The notes: a model not told the origin generated them from the sequence alone. A stretch of 64,000 nucleotides of DNA from Candidatus Cloacimonadales bacterium (GCA_963677495.2 CAXXOU010000004.1:1376001-1440000), one strand, 5' to 3'; shown: positions 19,197-29,521, numbered from the stretch's first letter. Numbers and translations are program-made.

Positions 19197-20350
19197 AATG
19201 CTTTATATAATTCCTTCAACTCTTCCGCATGGTATTTCCATAGATAGTTTTGTTTCACAGCATCTTTGCCATTTGTACCCATTTTGAGCATCATATTCTT
19301 ATCGTTATATAGTTTTTCAATCTGCTTCATCAGCTCATTAACATTGTCAAACTCATATATCAAACCACATTCGGAAGTTTCAACAATTCTTACAATAGGA
19401 TCACAATTAGAAGCTAACACAGGTATTCCCTTTGCCATGTATTGGAATAGTTTATGTGGGATTGTAGAATCAGTGTGTTCAGATTTCACATGAGGAATAA
19501 GAGCTATATCAGCTTTTGAAAGCTCAATCATCAAGTTCTCACTTGGAGTCCAACCCTCAAACACAACATTTGCTCCGGTCGATTCAACCAAATCTCTTAA
19601 CTCAGGTTCATATCTACCTTTTCCAAAAATCCTGAGAACAATGGCGGGATATTGTTTTGAAAGTTTACCCATAGCTTCAACAACATACTGAAGTCCTCTA
19701 TGGATAGTAATCCCACCACCATAGAAAAGAGTGAAACCTGCATGTTCTTTGCTCTCAATCTCTTTGAACTTATAATCAGGATAAGTATTAGAAACAACGG
19801 TTATCTTGGTGTCTTGAACACGCATTTGCTTTAATCGTTGCTTAGCTTCTTCCACAACCACTATCACATTGTCCGCAGCTTCAATCGAGTCTTTCTCATA
19901 ATCTTGCCACTGCTTTAGGTCGAACAATATATTAGCAGGGAATCGTTTTATATGCTCGGATAAACTAAGTAAGATTGGATAGTTCTCATGTATATCAAGC
20001 ACAAACTTAAACCCAAACTGCCTTCTTAAATCAATAATAACATCGCTTAGTGGTAGGTCATGCAGATGCACAGCATCAAACTTGTTATCTTCTAAAATCT
20101 CTCTCAGATACTTCTTCCACCATCCGAAATAGAATGATGTTTTCAAGCAACCAACAGAGCTTTTATATATCAGGCTTGGCATTAACTTTCTATGAATAGT
20201 AACTCCCGGATACTCATTATTGTTTTCTCCGGCAACGAGTTCACGACATGCAAGATGCACCTCATGTCCGGCTTCACTAAGAGCATCAATCTCATTTTCA
20301 ACCCTTAGATCAGGTGGAAAGTTACTTTCAAGAACCATCAATATCTTCAT
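19193..20350 (-). CDS. Glycosyltransferase family 4
   Basis: D.RV..E..AL, YGG.I...RGL, PHKLFQYMA.G.PV.AS. Confidence 0.85.
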   Translation of the reverse strand: MKILMVLESNFPPDLRVENEIDALSEAGHEVHLACRELVAGENNNEYPGVTIHRKLMPSLIYKSSVGCLKTSFYFGWWKKYLREILEDNKFDAVHLHDLPLSDVIIDLRRQFGFKFVLDIHENYPILLSLSEHIKRFPANILFDLKQWQDYEKDSIEAADNVIVVVEEAKQRLKQMRVQDTKITVVSNTYPDYKFKEIESKEHAGFTLFYGGGITIHRGLQYVVEAMGKLSKQYPAIVLRIFGKGRYEPELRDLVESTGANVVFEGWTPSENLMIELSKADIALIPHVKSEHTDSTIPHKLFQYMAKGIPVLASNCDPIVRIVETSECGLIYEFDNVNELMKQIEKLYNDKNMMLKMGTNGKDAVKQNYLWKYHAEELKELYKAL

Positions 20351-20800
20351 CTATCTTCCAAAATTCTTTAGAGCTCTTTCAGTTTCACGTTTTATATCTT
20401 TAGCTTGCTTATCATGCTTCTTATCGAATGTGTGCTTACCTTTAGCCGTTCCAATTACCACTTTACATAGTCCCTTAGCATTGATGAAAACTTCTAAAGG
20501 CACTATTGTCATGCCTGATTCCTGCACTTTCCGATTGATTTTCTCTGTCTCACTTTTATGCAGAAGAAGCTTACGTTTTCTTGTAGCTTCGTGGTTATCA
20601 TAAGTTCCTTTTTCATATGGACTGATATGGAGATTTAGTAACCACATCTCACCTTGTTGAACACGGGCATAACTGTCCTTGAAGCTAACTTTTCCCATTC
20701 TCACGGATTTAATCTCTGTTCCGGTAAGAACTATTCCTGCTTCATAAGTATCAACTATACTGTATTCATGTCTTGCTTTTCTATTTTTTATGGATAGCAT
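20351..20800 (-). CDS. smpB: SsrA-binding protein
   Basis: NRKARHEY, EAGIVLTGTEIKS, RKLLLHK.E. Confidence 0.97.
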   Translation of the reverse strand: MLSIKNRKARHEYSIVDTYEAGIVLTGTEIKSVRMGKVSFKDSYARVQQGEMWLLNLHISPYEKGTYDNHEATRKRKLLLHKSETEKINRKVQESGMTIVPLEVFINAKGLCKVVIGTAKGKHTFDKKHDKQAKDIKRETERALKNFGR

Positions 20801-20948
20801 TATTTCCTCAATTTGTAAGTATTTTATGTTTAAAATAGTATTGCTACTTCAATGTAGCATATTGATTTATATCACTGTCATATCTTACTGATATAAAATA
20901 GATATCTTATTCTCTATGTCAATGTCTAAATTAGTTTAGTACAGACTT

Positions 20949-21151
20949 TGTCACCCTGAACGGAGTGAATGAAGAGAAGCAAAATGAACGAAGTCGAACG
21001 GGTCGCTCTGATGGCTTCAGTGGATTTATGATAGAGTATTGACTTATCTTCTGACTGTTTTCCTTCGAAAAATGGCTCTTTTTTAGTTGGTAGACTAAAG
21101 CTATCTGAAAGTTCCCTCTACTCGTTCATACTTCACTCGATCGGGATGACA
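20949..21151. repeat. REP-like doublet (TGTCA...TGACA)
   Basis: Imperfect terminal IR TGTCACCCTGA..GAGTGAA / TTCACTC..TCGGGATGACA; left ~80 bp recurs inverted at 44727-44803. Confidence 0.7.
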
Positions 21152-21200
21152 GGCATGGTTATCGAATTTGCAACAGCCAAGTGAAAGATGATATAAGCAG

Positions 21201-21977
21201 TTACTCAATCAGCCCAGAAATAAGCCTACATAAATCCATTTTATCATTATCAATATGTTCAAGACCATAAGCATCAAGGAAGATATTTTTGTATTTATCA
21301 GTCTTTAAATTGAATTGAAGAGTCCAAACTCCCCAGAAAAGATCCCAATGCCTGTCCCCTACTCCTCCTGAACCTAAGTCTACAAAACCCTTTAGCTTAA
21401 AATCGTTTAGTATTATATTTGGCAAGCAGTAATCACCGTGAAGAACAACTTCATCAGTACTAAGATGTTTCAATTGATTGAATCTGTCTGTTATTGTCGC
21501 AATTGGTTCAGGTAGAAAGATTTTGTCTATCTTCTTCATTTCAAGGTTGAGTTCTGCTTCATGAATCATTTCACTCATGCGATTTGGGAAAGGACAGTTA
21601 TCTGTAGGGAGCTCATGTATTAATCTAAGACTTTCACCATAAACTTTAGCTAATTGCTTAGGGTTATCAAGATGAATCTTATTAATCCCATCTTCACCCT
21701 TAATTTCTCTTGTGATAAGATAATCATGCTCATCAATGGTCTTATAGAACACAACCTCAGAAGCTAAACGATGTTTATGGAAGAATTTTGTAAGCTCTGC
21801 TTCTCGAAGGAGTCTGCCCATTTTCTCGACTTTTAGATATAGGCTTTCCTCTCCCTTTAAAAGATATGTTTTCGCTAACTCTGAGCAACTACTGTCATAT
21901 AGTGTTTTGTTTTCTAAGAACGGATGTAACTCTTTAGGAAAATCATTTAACACCAAATCTATTTTCTTTCTTTGCAT
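21201..21977 (-). CDS. Aminoglycoside 3'-phosphotransferase-like protein
   Basis: LYLK, HGDYCLPNI, DLG..GVGDRHWDL; likely start ATG 21977 (MQRKKID). Confidence 0.8.
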   Translation of the reverse strand: MQRKKIDLVLNDFPKELHPFLENKTLYDSSCSELAKTYLLKGEESLYLKVEKMGRLLREAELTKFFHKHRLASEVVFYKTIDEHDYLITREIKGEDGINKIHLDNPKQLAKVYGESLRLIHELPTDNCPFPNRMSEMIHEAELNLEMKKIDKIFLPEPIATITDRFNQLKHLSTDEVVLHGDYCLPNIILNDFKLKGFVDLGSGGVGDRHWDLFWGVWTLQFNLKTDKYKNIFLDAYGLEHIDNDKMDLCRLISGLIE

Positions 21978-22000
21978 ACTACTTACCCAACTAGTAAGGC

Positions 22001-23797
22001 TTAATCTTTGTACCAAACATACTCGTATAACCACATAGTTTCATCAACTAATTTTATAAACTCTTCCCGCTTATTATAGTAATCAAGACCTTTTGAACGA
22101 GATGCAACATCATGTACAAAGTCAAAATCTTCTTCTGTCATGTTATTGATATTATTCATCATCTCCCCATACTTGGCTACAGCTACAGAAAAACGAAAGT
22201 CATCACTACATGCTTCAAAAGCAGTTACATTGGAGTCTATATTCTCAATAAGAGATTTCTTAAGAGGTTTATTCTTTGGTCGATAGCTAAATACAACTTC
22301 TGCTAAATCATTTGAGTCTTTATTTTCCCATGATTTGAAAGTCCCACTACACTGTTGAAAGCCTAAGGAATCATACACAGACTTATCATAGTCAACTCCA
22401 ACCGGTATTATCTCATACAATCCGGTAACGGAATGACCGGGATAAATATCGGTGGATTCAAAATCAAGTTTGGCAGCATATTTTAAAGGTTCTTTATCAG
22501 AACTTAATAGTCTAAAAGCTTGAACTTGATGGGGATTAAAGTTGACTTCTAATTTAACATTATTCGCAAGAATGTCACTAAATAAAGCGTCATTATCGAA
22601 CAACTCTACAGCTTCTCCAATATTTCTAACACTATGAAAATCAGCGTCTATCTGATCTGCAAAGAACTCAATTTTTCTATTGTTTGCATCATGTGGAGCG
22701 TAACTTATTAGGGAGACTGGAACATTGCTTTTAGAATAATTCGAAACTAAATCTTTCAAGTGAACATTTTCTTGCTCATCTTGCAAGTATCCGCAGTTAG
22801 AGAAAATGATTATACGGTTTTCGCCTTTTTGAATATAGCTTTTTTGAATGTCAATATAAGCTTTATCTAAGATTTTCGAATAATCAGTACATGAATTTTG
22901 ATTACCGGTTATCTCTCCAATAGCATATATAATAATGTCTTTTTTATCACCTGATGTTGTTGGTAATACTCTGTCGTCTCTCTGTCTTAATAGAATTGAA
23001 ATCTTATCATTCTCATCCAGATTTCTTGCTATCATTCTTAGTGATTCTCTCACTAACGGCATATGTGACATCATATAAGGATCAACAATAACAACTAAGT
23101 TCTTGGATTGGTCCAAATTAGGAATGTTGTTTTTTGCTTTTATGCCAATATGAACTATAAAACTATCTGCATTCCAAGGACACTTTCCTATCTCAGAATA
23201 GATTTTAAACAGATTATTATGTTTAGGAAGGGGGTAATCATACTCAAAATAGTTAACTAACTCTTCGATAATGATAGCTCTTTTACTCTTCTGATTTCTA
23301 GAGGTGATTCTTTTTTTCAGGATATCAAACGAATTGGTTTTAGGATTTATCGGAAATGAAGATGTTGTCTTTTTCCGAAAAAGCCCATCAATAAAATGAC
23401 CACGATGACTTATCGATTCTGAGTATCTGATGAAGAGATTCATTCCCCCTGTAGTATATTTATGAAGTTTAATCTTATACAAAGCCGTTGTATCTGCATA
23501 GACACTAACCTTCTTCTCCAGTCGATTATCATTACGACTTTGGATCCGGACAGTGTGTTCACCTAAGGGTAGATGTGAATAGAAGTACTTTCCGAATTCG
23601 TTATTGATTTTTCGGGCTGAAAAATGATTGTTATCAATCTGTAGACCTAAACTTCCATCATATAATGCACCATTTTCATGTCTAACTTCAAGAATTATTG
23701 CACCTAACTCCTTTGTCTCATCTTGCAGGTTAAGCTCAATTGCAATTGAAAGTTTTATAACTAAAAGCAGTAAAGCTATAGTCCAAGTATGTTTCAA
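22001..23797 (-). CDS. YfbK-like von Willebrand factor A / DUF3520 protein, degenerate MIDAS
   Basis: EELVNYFEYDY, CPWN, V.FNP..V..FRL, GHSVTGLYEI, DDFRFSVAVA; signal peptide. Confidence 0.8.
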   Translation of the reverse strand: MKHTWTIALLLLVIKLSIAIELNLQDETKELGAIILEVRHENGALYDGSLGLQIDNNHFSARKINNEFGKYFYSHLPLGEHTVRIQSRNDNRLEKKVSVYADTTALYKIKLHKYTTGGMNLFIRYSESISHRGHFIDGLFRKKTTSSFPINPKTNSFDILKKRITSRNQKSKRAIIIEELVNYFEYDYPLPKHNNLFKIYSEIGKCPWNADSFIVHIGIKAKNNIPNLDQSKNLVVIVDPYMMSHMPLVRESLRMIARNLDENDKISILLRQRDDRVLPTTSGDKKDIIIYAIGEITGNQNSCTDYSKILDKAYIDIQKSYIQKGENRIIIFSNCGYLQDEQENVHLKDLVSNYSKSNVPVSLISYAPHDANNRKIEFFADQIDADFHSVRNIGEAVELFDNDALFSDILANNVKLEVNFNPHQVQAFRLLSSDKEPLKYAAKLDFESTDIYPGHSVTGLYEIIPVGVDYDKSVYDSLGFQQCSGTFKSWENKDSNDLAEVVFSYRPKNKPLKKSLIENIDSNVTAFEACSDDFRFSVAVAKYGEMMNNINNMTEEDFDFVHDVASRSKGLDYYNKREEFIKLVDETMWLYEYVWYKD

Positions 23798-23805
23798 ATT
23801 AGTCC

Positions 23806-25146
23806 CTACTTCATCAATATCATTTTCTTAGTATCATTAGTTATCTTTGATTTAAGTCTATAGAAGTAAACACCAGATGCACATTTTTTGTTTTTTTTAT
23901 CCAGACCTTCCCAAACAATTTGATGCTTACCTTCAGTAAAGCCTTTGTAGTTCTTAACTAATTGACCACGGATATTGTATATGCTCAATTCTGCTCTGTC
24001 GTTTTTAGCTACATCGAAGCTGATTGTAGTAGTTGGATTGAACGGATTGGGGTATGCATTGAATAATGCTGTCTGCATTTGGGGTTGAGAACCAATCTCT
24101 TCATCAATGCCAACTGATTGTTCTAATGCAACAAGATATGGATAACCATTATTCAATACTGGATTGATAGTCCAAATATCCTCTGTCCCATTATTTGTCT
24201 CTCCATAGAAATCCCAAAAAAGATTAGTATAAGTTGTTACATCTCTCATTTGTGCTTCAGTACAATCAATGACATTGGTTAATATGCTTGTACTATCTTC
24301 AAAACACGCACCAAGACTGTTAATGTCACTACTCCAAACACAATTCTCAATCAATCCTGAGTTCAAACCAACAAGGGCATGAACATTTATAGGATTATTA
24401 GCAACCAAAGAGTAAGAATTACTCAAAATAGAAGAGTTGGAATTAACACCTACTAATCCCCCACAATTGCCAGAAGTAGTATCCATTATTCCGTAATAGA
24501 AGCAATCGTTGATATACGAGTTGGAGTTTTCACAAGCAAGCCCACCACCAGTAACTTGAGAGTTTATATTCACTTTACTTGAACATCTACTAACAATTGA
24601 ACCATTACAAGCATAACCTATTAAACCTCCAGCAAATGCACCGTATAGATTTCCGGAAACATGGCAGTTAGTTATCACAGTATTGCCTATTGTCCCTGCT
24701 AGACCACCACATATTCCCCACGAAATAGTAGGAACAGAAAAATCGAATGAAGTCAGTTTTATATTGGCAAACGTTGAATTGAGTGCATATGTCCATAAAC
24801 CCATAATAGTAATTTGAAAAGAATCAGCATTGTTAAAGAATAGGTTAGTTATCTCATAGTCTTGACCATCATAATGCCCTGTAAAAGGTAAATTCCAATA
24901 AGCTATAGGATTAAATCCCTCTCCTCCATTCCAGTTCTCTGTATCAGAAGCATCAATATCAGCTGTCTGTAAAAAATATGAGTTATCATCCCAAACATCC
25001 GGGGTTGTACTTAACCAAAGAAGGTTATCAAGATTTACAACTAAATACGGATCTGTTTCTGTTCCACTACCAGATGGCTGAACACCATCAGCTAAAACGA
25101 ACTGAGATGCAACAACAAATAATACTATCAATAGAATGCTTCTCAT
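23806..25146 (-). CDS. GLUG-motif secreted protein with C-terminal sorting domain
   Basis: GSGTETDPY, F.QTADID, GGL(A/I/V)G repeats, NNGYPYL, YPNPFNPTTTISF. Confidence 0.8.
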   Translation of the reverse strand: MRSILLIVLFVVASQFVLADGVQPSGSGTETDPYLVVNLDNLLWLSTTPDVWDDNSYFLQTADIDASDTENWNGGEGFNPIAYWNLPFTGHYDGQDYEITNLFFNNADSFQITIMGLWTYALNSTFANIKLTSFDFSVPTISWGICGGLAGTIGNTVITNCHVSGNLYGAFAGGLIGYACNGSIVSRCSSKVNINSQVTGGGLACENSNSYINDCFYYGIMDTTSGNCGGLVGVNSNSSILSNSYSLVANNPINVHALVGLNSGLIENCVWSSDINSLGACFEDSTSILTNVIDCTEAQMRDVTTYTNLFWDFYGETNNGTEDIWTINPVLNNGYPYLVALEQSVGIDEEIGSQPQMQTALFNAYPNPFNPTTTISFDVAKNDRAELSIYNIRGQLVKNYKGFTEGKHQIVWEGLDKKNKKCASGVYFYRLKSKITNDTKKMILMK

Positions 25147-25299
25147 AACTCCTCCAAGAAATCATTATGCCTTATTCGAATCTCAATACTATTCTCTACA
25201 TACAAATTTTCAATATCAAGTGATTTATTGTTTTTTTAATTTTTAGGTGTTAGTAGTGTATTATCTGTAATACTTCCTTCATACTTAATCATATTTTAA

Positions 25300-25348
25300 G
25301 GAGTTTACGGGCCTGTCAGGGTGTAGTTCTAAACGAAAACTGATGCAA
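25300..25348 (+). repeat. GGAGTTT..GTCAGG intergenic box
   Basis: GGAGTTTACGGGCCTGTCAGGGTGTAGTT, similar to boxes at 7613, 40482 and 44839. Confidence 0.65.
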
Positions 25349-25398
25349 GTCTGTAAGGGATATACACAGTGTCTTTTTCAATGACTTACATCATTGGA

Positions 25399-25488
25399 GT
25401 CATAGCGACCGAAAGGAGTTGGACTCATAGTGATGTACTTTCATCATTTTCACTATTCGCCCATCTCCCTATGGTCACTATTGCGACA
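25399..25488. repeat. Degenerate REP-like doublet
   Basis: GTCATAGCGACC...GGAG / CTCC...GGTCACTAT...GAC imperfect inverted pair. Confidence 0.45.
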
Positions 25489-25502
25489 GCTACAGAAATA
25501 TC

Positions 25503-25704
25503 TACACAGTGCCTTTACCAATTACTTAACTATATTTGCTGCCCTTTTTGCTTCCTTTCTCTGCTCTATCCACCAACCCACTGTGTTTGCACTGTGCACG
25601 CACTGTGAAGGCACTGTTATCGCACTGTTTCAGTGGGATCACAGTGCGTGCACAGTGGGAAAACAGTGGGTAAACTGCGTTTTGATTAATAGATTAGTTA
25701 AGGA
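25503..25704 (+). repeat. ~200-bp dispersed element with 11-bp-period CACTG/CAGTG array, copy 2
   Basis: CACTG at 25579, 25590, 25601, 25612, 25623; CAGTG at 25631, 25642, 25653, 25664. Confidence 0.92.
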
Positions 25705-25742
25705 GGGCAAAAACCGATAGGAACGAAAACAAAACTTATGTT

Positions 25743-25771
25743 TTGACATGCATGAAAGTAATCTGTTAAAT
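25743..25771 (+). promoter_or_regulatory. Possible sigma70 promoter
   Basis: TTGACA-17-TTAAAT upstream of peptidase gene. Confidence 0.35.
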
Positions 25772-25808
25772 GACATAATTGAAGGAAGAAACTGCAACAG
25801 GAGAATAT

Positions 25809-28637
25809 ATGAAAAAGGTAATTACAATATTATTGTGTTTAATAGCACTTACAATCACAGCCAAAGTTCCCGAAGAACTTGAATCCATATTGCGTGATAT
25901 TAAAGCTCAAAGTATGGAGTTCAAAGACTCTGAAGAACATAAAACGATAAGAAACTCACGAGAAACAAGAGATTATGCTTTAGGAGATACTGAGACATTC
26001 TGGAGATGGGATTTAAGCAATATGCCACCATCCTGGATTCAAACACCTTCAACATGTAGAGCTGTTGGGAATCACTGCTATATTTTTGTAGCAGACAGTG
26101 AGTGGAATACTCATATGACTCAAGCTGATGTTGATACTGCTTTGAATCATTTCGAGAACACTACTCCTAACCACCCTACGCAAGGAATTTATGACCTGAA
26201 TACTTCAAATTTCGGTCCTGTACCGGATGAACTTGATAATGATCCCAAAATGATTATTTTCTACTCAGCATTAGGCAGTTTTAATGGATCTTCATTTGAT
26301 GGCTACTTTAGTTCATATAATCAGGTAACTGAAAGTCAAGCCCAACAAATGAATCCTCCTGGTCATAGTAATGAATGTGAAATGATCTATATGACATGCC
26401 ATCCATTAGATCCGATTGAGCCAATCAGGCTTTCAGTTCTTGCCCATGAAATGCAGCACTTGATCCATTGGGGTATGGATATTAACGAGGATACTTGGGT
26501 GGATGAAGGATGCGCAGAATTTGCAATGCATCTGTATGGCGTACCAGATCCTATTGTATCTTTCCCCAGTAATCCTGATGATAATTTGACATCTTGGGAC
26601 CAGCATTTTGCTGACTATGTGCAAACCTATCTCTTTATGGTGTATCTTTCAGAAAACTATGGAGGAAATTCAATTATCTCTCAGATAGTTTCTGAACCTG
26701 CAAATAGTATTAACGGTATACAAGATGCCCTTTCACACCTTGGTGAAACAGATTCGTTTGAAACAATCTTTGCGAACTGGACAAACTCAAACTTTCTAGA
26801 TGATTATCAGACAATAGATCTACCAAACTTCAGTGTTTCCGGTTCATACAGTAATCTACCCATTCAAGATACAGGAACTGTTCAGGGATGGGCATCAGAC
26901 TATTATAGAATCAATTCAGGTGATAATCCATTTACAATCAACTTTACCGGTGCAACAGGTCAGTACTACGTAAGTGCATTAATGATTGATAATGATGATG
27001 ATTCAATTATAGTTCCTATGCCAATCACTGCAAATACAGGCACATTGAACATTCCAGCCTTTGATCCAGATTATGATAGTGTAGTAATCAATATCTGCAA
27101 CATATCTAATACTCCTGGAACTTACAGTTTTGAAGTTAATGAAATCCTTGAAGATCAGAGAGAGTTCTACGTTTACAACTATCTAAGCAGTACCCATAGT
27201 ATAGTTACTGCAACTTCCCATGGTTGGGGAGATCATTGTAACGTTTATGTTGATGATAGTCTTTGGGAGCTGGAAGTTACACAAGCTGATGTTGACCTTG
27301 TTGTTAGAGTATTTGAAGATTCAACAGCAGCTAACCCAAACCAAGGTATTTTTGAGATAGATACAGCAACTTTTGGTATGCCTTCTGATATAGACAATAA
27401 TGGTAAAATCAATATCCTAATCTTTGATATTGATGATGATGGCATCAATGGTTACTTCTCTGGTCTTGATCTTATGAATGCAGGTGGAAGTAACCAAATG
27501 GAGATTATCTATATTGATAAAAACCCTCATGGCTCAGGCATAAATAGTACATATTGCTTCTCTACTATAGCACATGAATTACAACATCTTATTCACTTTG
27601 AACATGATACTGATGAAGAGACCTGGGTGAATGAAGGTTTATCAGGATTGGCACAGTCAGTAACCGGTTGGATAAGTCCATATTGGATGATGATGTATAC
27701 AGCTAATCCGGATAATAATCTAACCGAGTGGAGTGCCGGAGCTGATTATCCACAATGCTATCTTTTCATGCAATATCTTTATGAGCACTATAATCTTAAT
27801 GATCAACAGATTATTGAAAACATTGTTGCAAATGATACAAACGGGATGAGTGGGATTGCATCTTCACTAAATACAACAGGTTGGGTTGACATCACTATTG
27901 AAGAGGTTTACATGAACTGGTTAACTGCGAATTATGTAAACAACAGCTCAGTTGAAAACGGTTTATATAGTTATCAATCAAACCCGATTGGTACAGGTCA
28001 GTTCAGTATAAACAATGCAGCCACACATACTACATATCCTGCTTCCGGGAGCTTGGATACTCAACATTGGGGAGTTGATTACTTGAAGTTTAACTCTTTC
28101 CAAGAGAGTTTCAAACTAACCTTCTTCCCTGAAGACACAAACCAATCTTTCACAGTAAGAGCAGTTGCATATGACAATGGAAATCCTGTTGCTGTTATCG
28201 ATTTAGATAATACAGGAGAAATGGAATTAGCATCTGATGTATACACTTATGATGAAGTTGTTCTGATTGTAACTTGTACAGAGGATGGCACAGGTACAGC
28301 AGGATATTACTATTTAGTTGAGGATTTACCAATCTCAAACGAAGATAATGTTAACTCGTTAGTGGATAGTTTCCATAGTTACCCAAATCCATTTATTGAT
28401 AATGTTTCTCTACAGATAAATCTCAAGCAAAGATCAAACATCTCAATTTCTGTTTACAATGTAAAAGGGCAACTAGTCAGAGAACTAGTTAAGGATATAG
28501 ATGTTTTAGATAGCTATTCTTTAGAGTGGGATGGAAAGCAAGAAGATGGTTCTCAGTCCGGGAATGGTATTTATTTCTTAAGAATGAGTATTAATAATGA
28601 GAGCTTTATACGCAAAGTTATGCTACTAAAGAAGTAA
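25809..28637 (+). CDS. Secreted zinc metallopeptidase with two tandem catalytic domains (M30-like) and C-terminal sorting domain
   Basis: LAHEMQHLIH...TWVDEG and IAHELQHLIH...TWVNEG; YPNPF...GIYF; GGAG RBS before ATG 25809. Confidence 0.8.
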   Translation: MKKVITILLCLIALTITAKVPEELESILRDIKAQSMEFKDSEEHKTIRNSRETRDYALGDTETFWRWDLSNMPPSWIQTPSTCRAVGNHCYIFVADSEWNTHMTQADVDTALNHFENTTPNHPTQGIYDLNTSNFGPVPDELDNDPKMIIFYSALGSFNGSSFDGYFSSYNQVTESQAQQMNPPGHSNECEMIYMTCHPLDPIEPIRLSVLAHEMQHLIHWGMDINEDTWVDEGCAEFAMHLYGVPDPIVSFPSNPDDNLTSWDQHFADYVQTYLFMVYLSENYGGNSIISQIVSEPANSINGIQDALSHLGETDSFETIFANWTNSNFLDDYQTIDLPNFSVSGSYSNLPIQDTGTVQGWASDYYRINSGDNPFTINFTGATGQYYVSALMIDNDDDSIIVPMPITANTGTLNIPAFDPDYDSVVINICNISNTPGTYSFEVNEILEDQREFYVYNYLSSTHSIVTATSHGWGDHCNVYVDDSLWELEVTQADVDLVVRVFEDSTAANPNQGIFEIDTATFGMPSDIDNNGKINILIFDIDDDGINGYFSGLDLMNAGGSNQMEIIYIDKNPHGSGINSTYCFSTIAHELQHLIHFEHDTDEETWVNEGLSGLAQSVTGWISPYWMMMYTANPDNNLTEWSAGADYPQCYLFMQYLYEHYNLNDQQIIENIVANDTNGMSGIASSLNTTGWVDITIEEVYMNWLTANYVNNSSVENGLYSYQSNPIGTGQFSINNAATHTTYPASGSLDTQHWGVDYLKFNSFQESFKLTFFPEDTNQSFTVRAVAYDNGNPVAVIDLDNTGEMELASDVYTYDEVVLIVTCTEDGTGTAGYYYLVEDLPISNEDNVNSLVDSFHSYPNPFIDNVSLQINLKQRSNISISVYNVKGQLVRELVKDIDVLDSYSLEWDGKQEDGSQSGNGIYFLRMSINNESFIRKVMLLKK

Positions 28638-28645
28638 TCAATTAT

Positions 28646-28679
28646 AAACAAGCCTACTGTCATTCAGTAGGCTTGTTTT
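28646..28679. terminator. Bidirectional intrinsic terminator
   Basis: 14-bp IR AAACAAGCCTACTG/CAGTAGGCTTGTTT between convergent genes. Confidence 0.85.
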
Positions 28680-28728
28680 ATATTATGATTAGCATTAAAC
28701 TAAGTCATTTCTTCCCTATGATTAAGGA

Positions 28729-29520
28729 TCAACTCCTCTTAAATATATCCTCTCTCAATGTATCAAACTCGGAAAAAGCTGTTCTCTTGATTATGGCAAT
28801 TAGCATCATTGATGATAACGACATTGTTGAGAAGATAGCTATCATTATGGCAATCTGATATTTGATAGCTGTCATTGGATTTGATCCGCCAAGTATCTGA
28901 CCGGTCATCATACCGGGTAAAGAAACAAGCCCAATATTCGCCATTGATGCTATGGTTGGCTCTAAAGCAGTTCTCATACTTTCAATAACTATCTCCTTCA
29001 AAGCTTCGCTCCTTGATGCTCCTAAAGAAAGGGCGAAATAGTACTCCTGTTCCCTATTCTTGAAATAGTTTAAGAATGTTCTTGTTACAATAATATTCGC
29101 TCTCATAGTGTTACCAAGAAGCATCCCCGCAATAGGTATTAAGTACTTAGCCGTAAATAGAAACTCCAAGTTTATGATTAGTTTTGTGAAATAGATAGTA
29201 TTAAACAATAATGGAACTACAATAGAGAACATTATTGGTAGAATGAAATGCTTTAATTTAAGTCCATTAGAATTGATGATAGTGATTGTAGAAACTACAC
29301 CCATTGCTACTAACCATCCAATGTTTACGAAGAGATTATCAAGAATGAATATATACTTCAGGTAGAACCCTATTAACGATAGTTGTACAATCATCCTAAA
29401 TACTGATACTAGAACCTTGAAAGATATCTTCAGTTTTGAAATAAGAATAACAGCAAAAGGTACTAATAGAAGCAATAGTGTAAATATTACTGAGCTTATA
29501 CCAAGATCCTTAGCACCCAT
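28729..29520 (-). CDS. fetB: UPF0014/YbbM (FetB-like) ABC permease
   Basis: R...QL..IG..L, IPIAGMLLGN, GLVSLPGMMTGQILGG..P..AIKYQI. Confidence 0.8.
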   Translation of the reverse strand: MGAKDLGISSVIFTLLLLLVPFAVILISKLKISFKVLVSVFRMIVQLSLIGFYLKYIFILDNLFVNIGWLVAMGVVSTITIINSNGLKLKHFILPIMFSIVVPLLFNTIYFTKLIINLEFLFTAKYLIPIAGMLLGNTMRANIIVTRTFLNYFKNREQEYYFALSLGASRSEALKEIVIESMRTALEPTIASMANIGLVSLPGMMTGQILGGSNPMTAIKYQIAIMIAIFSTMSLSSMMLIAIIKRTAFSEFDTLREDIFKRS

Positions 29521-29521
29521 G

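Noticed and set aside
25515..25538. Bacteroidota-type TAnnTTTG promoter in the CACTG element flank
   Set aside because: TATATTTG occurs in only one copy (TATATTTA in the others) and -33 spacing does not fit.
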